Assembly: GCF_000143415.4 (NCBI RefSeq)
Contig: NW_003314264.1
Span: forward strand, 3,357,710-3,421,709
DNA length: 64,000 nucleotides
DNA from: Selaginella moellendorffii
Lineage: Eukaryota > Plantae > Lycopodiophyta
Reading direction: 5' to 3'
Position numbers and translations under genes: made by a program. Positions 11,646 to 22,244 of this stretch are shown here, piece by piece. Under the pieces are notes generated by a model. That model was not told the DNA's origin. It searched no databases and saw only the letters and a list, made by a program, of their open reading frames with translations. Within the stretch, counting starts at the first letter, position 1. Each line of letters starts with the position of its first letter.

Positions 11646-14600
11646 ATGGCTTTCAGGGTTGGGGAAAAGGTTTACATTTTGAATGGTGGGAAGAGAGTTG
11701 CAAAAGGGACCCTTGTGTCTATGGATCGGAACTTTGTTATACACTGTCAAAGGCTTGGGGAAGGCAATGTTGCTGTATCAGTAGAGACTGCCTTCGATGG
11801 GAATGTGGTCGCTATTGAACAAGGAGAGATGGTCGTTGGGGTAAATGTTGTTGTTGCCTTGAAAAATCTTCAGAAGAAAGCAGATGTTGGGGACAGCGCA
11901 AGTGCGACGCATGTTCCCTCCGTGGATCTTAAGAACCGTGCTACATGGATTCAGGCGAAGGTGTTTCTAAACAACCCCGAGGGGGAGGTGGTAGCTGAGG
12001 GCTTAGCCACAGTTGTCGATCCAAGAGATGCGATTGCTAATCAAGAATTGGGCTGGGATGATATTGGAGTTGCGATTTTAGAGGTTGTTGACACAGAAGA
12101 AAACAGTCTGACTATTGGAAGCATTGTGCGGTGGAAATTGAGGCACTTAGTGTTTGAGAATGTGAAGGATTCACAATCAAACACCACTACAACTGATGAC
12201 AGAACATCTCTTCATGGGAAAAGAAAGTACACCTTCCTAAAGCGCAGCCAAAGGGATCTGAGGAACGAACCGAAAAGGCAGAAAATGGCGATGGAGGTTC
12301 GAATGGTCTCGACAGTTGCTTGTTGCAAGAGGAGGTGCTGTCAACATGCTGATTGGGATGCTATTGAAGAGGAGAGAGCAAGATACAAGACATTGTCCTG
12401 GAAGGCAGCTCGCAATTGTGTATGAGGCATTACGGTCATCTGTTGATGCTTCAGAACATCAGGTGGGGGGCATGGTCTTCCAGAGGGGTTTGGTCTGCAT
12501 GAAGGCATGGAGAATCATTTATGGAGTCCCTCGAACCACATTCTACAGAATCAAAACTGAGTTCGAGGAATAAAGGGTTCAACAGGCAGTCCATGGGAAC
12601 GACGGTACGCACAAAACCAGGGGTCATGTTGTATATGGAGAGGCAATCTTCAAGAGGTTTGTCGAGACATGTAGTGAGCAGCAACCACATAAAACCCGCC
12701 TCTTGGAAGATGGAACACGAGACACCCAACGAGTTCTCCCTTCCATGTATACCAAGGGGGCCATATTGGAAGATGTGAATCGGGAACTCCAGAGTAATGG
12801 CTACAGGAAGCTGAGCCAATCTAGATTTAGTAGATTGTGGAGCAACAGGTTTAGGGATGTGAGTATAGGAAAGTACTCCAGCTTTTCAAAGTGTGACGAG
12901 TGCACTGCTATCAAAATGGCTTTGTCGAAGAATTCTTGCAGCGCTCAAGAGCGAGAGACGTTGGTTAGAAGGCGGCTCGACCACAACATCGAGCAGAGAA
13001 GCTGCAGGACTGCATATTATCATTCCATGGAGAGACTTGACTCTTACCTCTGCATCATCCACAACAAAATGGACCACAAAAAGACGTGCTTACCTCGACT
13101 CAATCCTGCCCCCAAGGCAATCTCTTCATCCATGCAGCTGCCTATGTCTCTGTTTGGCATAATCGCTCATGGGCATGGTGCCCAGAACTATGGGAACTTC
13201 TTTGTACCTCTATGGGGTGGCGGGGGTGCAAACATGATGATTGCGTCCCTAGCAAAACACTTAAGGTCTCTGCAAAGTGCGCAGACTGAGCTGAATGGCC
13301 AACCCTTGCATAAGGCCCTTGTCGATCGAACCCCATACAGGGTTCAGCTGGAGGAGGAGCAAAGGCTTGCAGTATCGCGTGGGGCCCCATGCCATCCCAG
13401 TGAATATGTTGGCCGTCAGATTGTAGGGTTATCACGTGAGGCCTCATGCCATTCCGACGAGGCTGGTCGGTCGGTGAATGCACAGCCTCATCCAAATGAA
13501 GCAGAATCTCAAGGAAGTTCTTGCAGCCGATGTGGCCTTCCACCCCATCTTCTGCTCCAAACAGACAATGCTGGCAGTGAGAACAAAAACATGTACGTCT
13601 TCGCGTACTTGGCGATGCTTGTTGCCAAAGGCATATTTGAAACGGTTACACTTGGCTTTCTCATGGTTGGGCACACTCATGAAGACGTCGATGCCATGTT
13701 CAGTCACCTGGCAGAGTCCCTCCGGCGATCCAATGTCCTCACCCTCCCACAACTCTACGATGAATTCCAAAATTGCATCAAAGGCACTGTTGAAGCTGCA
13801 CTTGTGACAGAGGTTCCAGACTTTAAGGGGTTTGTAAGAGGCTACATTAGGGACGGATCCGAAACGCTGATTGGCCACTCCAAGCCTCTTCAGTTTCATT
13901 TCAGCATGTGTGACGATGCTCCAGTGATGAGGTACAAGATGAGAGAATGGGACACAGTGTGGCTGCCAGTGGACAGCATTGAACTCTTCAAGAGAGATCC
14001 CATAACAGGGGAACCTATGATTCCTCAGGGTTCCCCACGGCCGATGCACCCGGATGGACTCAAAGACCAGGAAAGTATAGTGGCCGGGATTAGACAGCAT
14101 ATTGCCTTCTGGAAGAGGGGGTTGGTGTTTGGTGGAGAATCCTATTTTCAGAGGTGCAAGCCTTTGCTCGAATACTGGGAGAAGATTATATCTACTATCC
14201 AAAATGGGCCGGTTGTATATAAAGAATTGGAAGAGTCCTTTTGGCCAGAACCCAGAGCACCAGATAGTAGCGGAACAATGTCCTCTGGAAATGTAGTGAC
14301 AGATAATGATGTTGAGGATCACTATTGTGGGCCGAGGAACAAGAAGCCGGATTCAGCATTCAATCCAGTACAGGTCTGCAAAGGAATGGTCGTGCTTGTC
14401 AGACCCAGTAATAAAAAACAAATGATATGGGTGGGGCGCTGCATCACTGATGCAGAGGAGGACGCGGAAACTAACTCCTTCAATGTAACTGTGGAGTGGT
14501 TCAAGCCAAGTTCCGGATATACGAAGGATTGCCTAGAAAAGAGATGGGTGCTGAATCCAAGGGATCCCAGCATGAGCATATCGGTGGATAATGTTGTGCA

Positions 14601-14700
14601 TGGTTGGATGCGGAAGCAGAGTGCCACCATCACCTTGCCAGACCATGCAAGAGATGCAGCAAGAGCATTCATAACCCGGGTTCAAGGTGAGATTTATTAA
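11646..14700 (+). pseudogene. Sola-like DDE transposase (one frameshift ~12400, one in-frame TAA at 12571)
   Basis: N-terminal CCKRRCC..VCMKAWRIIYGVPRTTFY, FSKCDEC, CIIH(N)KMD, LLLQTDNAGSENKN and FLMVGHTHEDVDAMFS. The DN..ENKN / GHTHED.D signature fits Sola-type RNase-H-fold transposases. ORFs 12316-12573 and 12703-14700 are in the same frame. Confidence 0.85.
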
Positions 14701-15413
14701 TATTCCTTTACTAAGTTTCTAATGTATTTTATTTCAAGGTGAACAATCCGAATCTGAATCAGAGGAGGCGTGATGGCATGTGGCCTTACGCCATTCCTAG
14801 GTGAGATGATACAAATAACAAGTATAAATTCTTAATTGTTCTAGCAAATCTTACTTAAAGTTTAAGGTGAACAAGCCGAATATGAATTCATCGGATTGTT
14901 ATAACAAATTGCGAGGTGATGGCATGAGGCGATACGCCATTTGAGAGTGGTAGCCATTCCTATATGAGGTGAGTGAAATATTTATTAGAAATACCTCATT
15001 CAATTGTGCACTTCTAAGTCTTGGTCCACTCAGTACTGTTTGCATGTTTTTATTTTAATTCTTTCTCTAAAATGTTATTTAGCATGTGGCTTCATGCCAT
15101 TGCTCTCCACAATCATGCATTGAATTTTTCTATCCTTGCATAAGACTTCTCCATATATATAGCATGTGCGCACATGTGATATGGTTCATTAGGCCTGATA
15201 TAGTGTGTGAGGTAAAACAAAGATGATGTGACATATGCATTTACCAATCACATGTGCATAAATCTAATAATATGGCGTGTGGCCCATATTAATGGCACAT
15301 AAACCGATATTGTGGGCTTACGTGCTTTATGTACCATCATTCCCTTGCAGCGTGTGTGTTGGTTTCCTTTTATAACACAACGAACTCCATATTTTAGGGT
15401 GAAGAGCGTTCTC

Positions 15414-15671
15414 ATGGCAAGCACAAAATCTGTAAGTGAGGCAGAAAAGGAGACGGGGAAGGAGATAGGTGAAGATGTAGAATATATAAGTCTTCCAAAC
15501 TCCCCGTACTATACTCCAGGTGATCATTTTTCTGAACAAACGGCAACATTAACAACTATCGAGAACGCCCCAGTAACATTAGAGACAACAATCCAAAGCA
15601 AAACAACTGACCCGGAGAAGGATGATAGTACTGCTGAGAGTACCAAAAAGGAGGTGTCCACTAGCGCTTAG
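15414..15671 (+). CDS. Small transposon-borne protein of unknown function
   Basis: MASTKSVSE..VEYISLPNSPYYTP..ENAPVTLETTIQSK; homologous to 21640-21825(-) VNFVSLPQSLYYTL..KNAPVTSETTI. Confidence 0.55.
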   Translation: MASTKSVSEAEKETGKEIGEDVEYISLPNSPYYTPGDHFSEQTATLTTIENAPVTLETTIQSKTTDPEKDDSTAESTKKEVSTSA

Positions 15672-16307
15672 GCTTATAATGGCGTGTGCCCTCATGCCAT
15701 TTACTTGATCACCAAATACCTTTTTCCCTTTGCACTAGTATATCTTAATACCGGTTTGAGAAATAGAATGGCATGTGCCCTCAGGCCTTTTACTAAATCA
15801 CCTTTGAAAGAAATGCAAGCCTCTATGTCGTAAAAAAAAGGTATTAGAGAAATTCCTTAATAATATGAATGTTATTTAGTTTCATGAAAATACACTAAGG
15901 GTCAAATGAGTTAAATGACTTCTCCAGACTAGCAATGCCTCTTGCTACACCTTCACAATTAGATTCGTTAGAAAAAGATAACATTGAATAATATCTAAAT
16001 GTTCTCACCATTAAATTATATGTCTGGCTAATAGGAATGACGTTCATCTTGGAAAGCTCACCACACGCTCAATGAACAAACAAATAGTGTGTGCGCGCAT
16101 GCTATCGCTCTTCTTTAGCTTCAGATTCGGCTTGTTCACCTTGACAGTGAGATTTATTATACAACCAGATGGACTCAGACTGGACACAAAGTCACCGCGC
16201 TAGTCACCATGCCCCAGATATGTCTAGCCCCTGGACAAAAAACATATAATTTCACGTCATTTTCAAATACTTGAAAATTTGTACCTAGTCCCATTTTACT
16301 GAATAAA

Positions 16308-16329
16308 TCCCACTTTAACGAAATAGAGC
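16308..16329 (-). repeat. Right terminal inverted repeat (22 bp)
   Basis: TCCCACTTTAACGAAATAGAGC, exact reverse complement of 2628-2649. Confidence 0.95.
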
Positions 16330-16333
16330 ATAG

Positions 16334-19300
16334 GTGTAGTTGAAGCTGAAAGAGAAGTGGAGTTACCTGAACACATTGTAGACAAGTGCTTCCAAGAGAT
16401 AGTTTTGAGAACCAAATAAAAAGTTTTTCACATGACTCTAGAGTCTCTCAAGTGGGAAGGCCCAGGAGACATAATCCGAGAAATCCCACTATGTCGATTC
16501 ACTCAGACAAGCATCATTTGGTTTGCTTCACTACACTTCGTCAATATGGACATCTATAGTCTATACAAATAGAATGGCCTTGGGACAAACATAGATATGT
16601 TCCTTGTTTTGGTCTTCAAGCCAGGAATGATAAATACCTTCTCGATGTCACCGGAAATCGAGAAGGTTTGGGATGATATTTGGAAAATGAAGTCCCGCGA
16701 ATTTGACAACATGTTTATGAGCCATTCTAAGACTCAACAATTTGTGGGGAAAATGTTCTACATTATTGACGGGAATCATCGCTAGTGTGTGTGGATGAAG
16801 TGCATCAATGAATGCTTCCAAGAAGATCTTGTCTATCACATCAATGTTCTGGTTGGACATGTACATGCGAGAGGATCTCTAGATGTGGCAAGGCTTGTGA
16901 TAGCTTGCCACAAAATTAATGCATAAGTACCTCTCCTTCTTCAATCACTTTTAACAATTTGTGTTTTGCAGGCTGGGACAGTTTGTAGTGCAGAAACAAA
17001 GCCTAGTACATAATATCGAGCAGATCCCAATCTCAATGAGGATGCAGTCTGCAGCCACTATGGTGATGATTTAGCATCACTTATTTGGCATCAACGAGGT
17101 CATCAAGATGCCAATAGATGGTACAAGAATTTAGTGGCTTTTATGACAACTGTGTGGAGTAAGGTATGTTCTTCCAAGTATACTTCTTATCATAGAATGT
17201 TTGTGTTGTCTTCAGCCATTGGTGAAGGTTAAGCAAGATGCATATGCATAGTCGCATCGAGCTGAAAATGATTAAGAACTCTTGGAGCATTTAGCTGCAA
17301 TTGACAAGAAAATTAACAACACAAAGAAGACAAAGGTAAAGAAATTACTTAGTGTGGCTGACCTTTGATGCCCAAAGGAGTGGTTTGATATTATAATAGA
17401 GATTTTTTGTCATGAAAGTAAGTATTGTTTATGTTTACATGAAGGTTACTCACAAAAGTTATTTCTTAGTGGGCAAAACTCCAGATGAGATTATTTACAA
17501 CATCTCAAAGTCAAAACTTACATATGAGGAACAGATACACATTCTGAACGACCTCAATAGCAGACTCAGGGAAGGAGAAAAAAGTTTGGACAGTATGATG
17601 GAGACTGTGAGGAGGATCGTCTACATTTCACAAACTGTATATAAAAGGGAGATGTTTCTAGCGCCTTTCATAGGGGATGATCCTAAGCAACTTCCATTCA
17701 AGGACTTCAACACCACTGAGCTTACAAAACTGGGAGAGGACTGGCTGCCAAAGAAGGCCACAAGCACGACTCCATTTGATAAACAACTTGGCCAACCTTA
17801 CTTTATGTGTCAAGCGGCTTTTAGGTAACATACAATTTTTCAACTATACTCAATTTGTTTATATTCTATTATAGGTATCTCCAATATAGAGGCCTTCCTC
17901 TCGAAACACCGGTATGCACACGACTCCTGAGGCATGGTGTAAGAGATGGAGGCATGTACCCGACAACAATGAAGTTTCCAACAGCAATAAAGCGAGCTTG
18001 TCCTTGGGAATTTGAGATGCTAGATTATACACCAACTCACCGAGAGGCTGCAAGAGGCAACAATGAAAACGTGCCAGATGACAAAGATGATGGCCATGAG
18101 AATGTTGACACTATTGGTGCCAATGGCAAGGAGAGTGAAGATGAGAACGACTTGCAAGAAATTCCTCCAGACAAAGTCTAGCAAGAGAACCAGAACGTCA
18201 AAGAAGTTCTACTTCGACGAAAGCGTGCAAATCCATATCTAGAGGAATTAGTCAACAATGATGATGATCGTCCAAAATGTCCTCGTAACCGAGGAACTTC
18301 TCGAGGTATATTTCTCTTAATTCTCTCCTTTTCTTAATTCCTCAAAATGGTTGCAAGAAAAACTGTCAGGAGTAACTTCATTCCAGCTCGTCTTGATGCT
18401 CGAGAAGAGGACCTGGAAGAACTTACATCTACCACACGCCACATGACGGTATGTAAATTTTTCTTAAGTTCACATTTTATCTTTGTCTTCTCCCCCTGGA
18501 TTCACCTTGTTTCTCCAGTGGCATTCCGTGGTGAAGTTGGGATCTTTATTGGCTCCTACAGTTCATTGATGGCATCTTTTGAGGAGGATGCTGAGAATAT
18601 AGCTATCCTGCAAAAGTGGGAGTGCTTTTGTTAGAAGATTCATAGGTGGCCGCTCAAGAGCACAAACTTCATGTTCTTTGATATGCCAGATGGTCTTCCA
18701 GACGCTAATGATGATGTCCCAAGCTAGAACAACCTGACTGAAGACCACTTGAAAGATGCATTCCTTTTGGCAGCAATTCTCCTTCACACAACTGGTCAAG
18801 TTACCTTCATTCTCCTGAATGACCCCCATTGGATGTCCTACCTTATGAGGTATGCAAGTCGAGTCAACTTCAAGAGGTTAGCTTTCCGGGTGCATCATGG
18901 ATAGTGTTGGGGTCGAGACCAAAGGCGTCCTAGACATGCCAGAGAAGGTAAGAAATCATCTTCTGTTTTGGTTGTCTCTAAAGTTTTATTATTCAGGTTA
19001 TGATGTGGACCTACCATGTGTTCTGCAGAAGAGAAAATGACAGTTTTGGTGATAGCGAGCGTGCTGCAAGGGTTTTGCTAGGGTATGATAGCTTTACTGA
19101 CATCATACCAAATCTCATAGACAACAAGATTTGCAACACATTGTCTGGGTATCAGTTCCGATCTCCATCGGCGATGCATGTCCTACTTGAGCTTTATTGC
19201 CCAACTAGGGGTGTTGTCATCGATTGTAGGTAATGGTTCGATAGTCGAAGCAGCACGTGACTTTGGTAGATCGGTGTTTGCGATTGAAGAACATGAGTTC

Positions 19301-19350
19301 TTCAAACGCCGTCTTAGAGGTTTTCATCCTTCTCTATCAGTTGCTTCTAG
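16334..19350 (+). pseudogene. Spliced ParB/Srx-like plus beta-class N6A/N4C DNA-methyltransferase-like gene relic (5'-truncated)
   Basis: Translation through stops: EIPLCRF..KMFYIIDGNHR*CVW (ParB GxxR motif, ~16760-16790); TNFMFFDMPDGLP..VPS*N (motif IV position, 18680-18694); LAAILLHTTGQVTFI (motif VI-like); FRSPSAMHVLLELYCPTRGVVIDC/GNGSIVEAARDFGRSVFAIEE (motif I region, 19156-19290). Short GT-AG introns are present. Confidence 0.75.
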
Positions 19351-19785
19351 GAGGTAATTTATGATGTTTTAAAAACTTATAAATAATATATATTTAGTTT
19401 TCTAGAAGTCTTCCTAGGTATGCATGGCACATCATATGCAATGTGTAAATTGAGCAGTGGTATGAAAAATCTATTTATTAATGATACATTAAAAGACAAT
19501 TGAATGCATCCACTTGCAATGAGAAAGATATGTCATATGTCAATGTGATAATGATTGTGACATTGACAGTGTCAGTGCAACAGATAGTGACAATGATAGT
19601 GTTAGTGACAAAGACAGTGCCAGTGTTAGAGATGACAAAGTTACAGTATCAGTCTGTCAAATTTCATAATTACTAGTATTATGAGTTTATTATCTATAAG
19701 TAATACAATTTTGTTAATAAAAAAAAGGCGAGAGGGAGGGGGATGGATAATATCATAGTGTAAGAATTATTAGTGGCTGGAATTT

Positions 19786-20127
19786 TCAGTAGGATGGCAT
19801 AAAAATACCACATTCAACACTTGTGGATGTAGGATTTACTAATGGAATATTATTCCTCACTATGAAATGATAATGATTATGTGTTCTTAACTCTTTCTTG
19901 ATTTTTTTATACATCCATTTATGCACACCTTCCACACTAGTTCTTGGGCAGTTGTGACAGTGTTCTAGAAAAGTTTTTAGACCCATACAACCTTCTATTT
20001 TATTTAAATAAAAGTAGCAGATGGGACACTGGAGATAATATGTGTTCATTCTTTCAAAAGTTTCAGCCATATCAAGAGCAAGGTCTTGAAGAAATATCTG
20101 GCATCGCTCTTGAAGCACATGAGGCAA
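19786..20127 (-). pseudogene. Small Cys/His-rich protein, copy 1
   Basis: QCPICYFYLNKIEGCMGLKTFLEHCHNCPRTSVEGVHKWMYKKIKK; paralog at 20593-20960. Confidence 0.5.
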
Positions 20128-20592
20128 TCCAGTTTTAGTAGCAACATCTAGAACATTATTTAGAAGAGGGATCTCTTATTCAGTCACACTTGGGGCTACA
20201 AAAGAAAAAGCTTCACAACAATTGTTGTGTGGAGGGAAGGGTGAAATGTTGGTAGAAGTTGGAGACGAAGGTGGAGACTCATATAAAATACATGGGGGTT
20301 AAGTGTGAATAGCAATAGCATTTTCCCTAGCCATTCCTACACTCTAAACAAATTGAAATTTCAATGTTGAAAACATCCTTTGTCGGTATTTATACTAACA
20401 AAAGATCTAGGGGTTCTTGAAAGTTTAAATTGTCAATCTCAAAAATGGTACTTCAGAATTATAACAATGTCAAAACCACTTGTATATATAATAATATCTT
20501 TATACATGCTAGAATAATATCATTCTTGAAAATATAAGATTCTCCACTTTACTCATAAAAAATTAAACTTTTGAAAAAACTATGCATGACTT

Positions 20593-20960
20593 TCACATTA
20601 CATTAAAGGGTGGCCTAAATATCCTATATTCAGCACTTACTAATGCAATGTTCACTAATGGAATATTATTCTCCACCATGAAATCATAATAGCTGTGTGT
20701 TTTTAATTTTTTCTTGATTTTCTTATATATCCACGCGTGCACACCTTCCAAACCCACTCTTGGGCATTTGCGACAATGCTCAATAAAATTTACCAAACCC
20801 ATGCAACCATCTATCTTGTTTAAAAAATGTTGTATATAGAACACTAAAGATAATATGTATCTACATTAAGCTCCTATGCCATATCTAGAGCAAGATCTTG
20901 AAGAAAATATTGACATCACTTTTGAAGCATTGGAGGTAATTCAACTCTTTTAACAACATC
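20593..20960 (-). pseudogene. Small Cys/His-rich protein, copy 2
   Basis: FLNKIDGCMGLVNFIEHCRKCPRVGLEGVHAWIYKKIKK..NNIPLVN; clear tandem paralog of 19786-20127, with upstream stops. Confidence 0.5.
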
Positions 20961-21599
20961 ATAAGGAAGGAATTCTTATTTAGTTCCACTTGAAGTCACA
21001 AATGGAAAAGCTTCATAACAACCCTCAAAATGAAAAAGAAGATTGTTGCATAGAGGTGAAGGTGAATTATTAGTTGAGATTGGAGATGGAGGTGGAGACT
21101 TATATGAGAGGCCTTCGAAACCAAAAATAAACTTTTTCCTAACCATTGCAACACACAAGAAAAATTAAACTTCCCAGTAATAAGAATTCTCTAATTAATA
21201 TACTATATTTCAGTCTCAAGAATGATGTTTTATTATTACATGACAATATATTGAATCATAATTGTCAATCTCAATAATTTCAACCTATTATGAGAGACAA
21301 GTGGTTATAGGGTTTTAGAAGCTAAAAACTAGCATATAATTAATACGTAGCCTTATTTTATATAGCTGGCTTGCCATATATAATAATGGCAAATACACAC
21401 AGGCATGTAAGTATGCCTTTTTGCAAGATTACCTTTCAATATCAAAATCATATATAGATTTAACTCTTTGATTTGTCCATATCATATATCTTTGCAAAGA
21501 CAAAACATATCAAAAAGAATAAGATATATATAAAATTTTACTTTTTTTAAAATAATATTTTAGTGAATTACAAAAGCTATTATAGAGTGGATTTATTAA

Positions 21600-21825
21600 T
21601 GCTTTCCACTGTGCTATCCATTTCTTCTTTTTTCTTGCTCTAGATTGTTGTTTCGGAAGTAACAGGAGCATTTTTATCAATAGTGACAGTGGTCTTCACA
21701 TTCCCGGATGGGTAATAAAGACTAAGCGTGTAATATAGAGATTGTGGTAGTGAAACAAAATTAACATTCTCACATTTCTGTATGCTAGAATTACTTACAG
21801 ATTTTTTGTCTTCCTTACTTCCCAT
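21600..21825 (-). pseudogene. Homolog of the small transposon protein at 15414-15671
   Basis: Shared SLPxSxYYT and NAPVTxETTI blocks; premature TAG where the other copy has Gln. Confidence 0.55.
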
Positions 21826-22244
21826 CTTTGTAAACCCTAAAGAATGAATGAGTGAATTAGTGTTTCGAATTATTTATATATATCTGGTCAATTATTGAAA
21901 TGTTAAAATGTTGAAATGTACAATAGAAATTTTAGGTTCATTTGAACTTCAATATTCCCATTTTATTTGGAACCAATAAAGCCCAAAAATTTCTATGGGT
22001 TCAAATGAACTTCTAATTCTAGAAATTGTATAAACTGTATTAGAAAGATTCAAAAAATAGAAATCTCTCTGAACCATTGATACTTAAATTCATAAATTTC
22101 AAGTTCACCAAAGAATAACATTTTTCTAACTTAATATTTCCTTATAAGACTTATGGTTGACTATGTTGACTAGCATTGACTTGAGTTGAATTGAGCTCAA
22201 CTTGTGAGCTCAACTCAACTTTGGACCATCCCCCTTTAGGGTGT

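Larger units (their letters stand above)
3012..16105. repeat. Dispersed 22-bp palindrome family ATGGCRTGWGGCCWCAYGCCAT (~30 copies)
   Basis: Copies start at 3012, 4085, 4160 (perfect), 5507, 7123, 8400, 8460, 8537, 9290, 9425, 9584, 9663, 10520, 11177, 11275 (perfect), 11436, 11472, 11542, 13374, 13431, 14773, 14919, 15079, 15679, 16084. Partial copies at ~2727, 5648, 10592, 15272, 15768. Confidence 0.95.
2628..16329 (+). mobile_element. 13.7 kb TIR DNA transposon (Sola-like DDE transposase) with cargo genes
   Basis: Perfect 22-bp inverted termini GCTCTATTTCGTTAAAGTGGGA (2628-2649) and TCCCACTTTAACGAAATAGAGC (16308-16329). They enclose a DDE transposase, cargo ORFs and ~30 copies of an element-restricted palindrome. 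Flanking 4-mers ATAA / ATAG are only an imperfect TSD. Confidence 0.9.

Noticed and set aside
13444-14322. 292-aa antisense ORF (also 40222-41040, 61762-62394 and similar)
   Set aside because: Shadow ORFs opposite real coding sequence.
3012-16105. Palindrome copies as a CRISPR array
   Set aside because: Spacing is highly irregular (tens to >1500 bp), copies lie within ORFs and introns, no cas genes are present, and the context is eukaryotic.
2628-16329. Helitron, CACTA or Polinton classification
   Set aside because: No Rep/helicase, polB or retroviral-type integrase motifs; the termini are not CACTA; the catalytic motifs are Sola-like.
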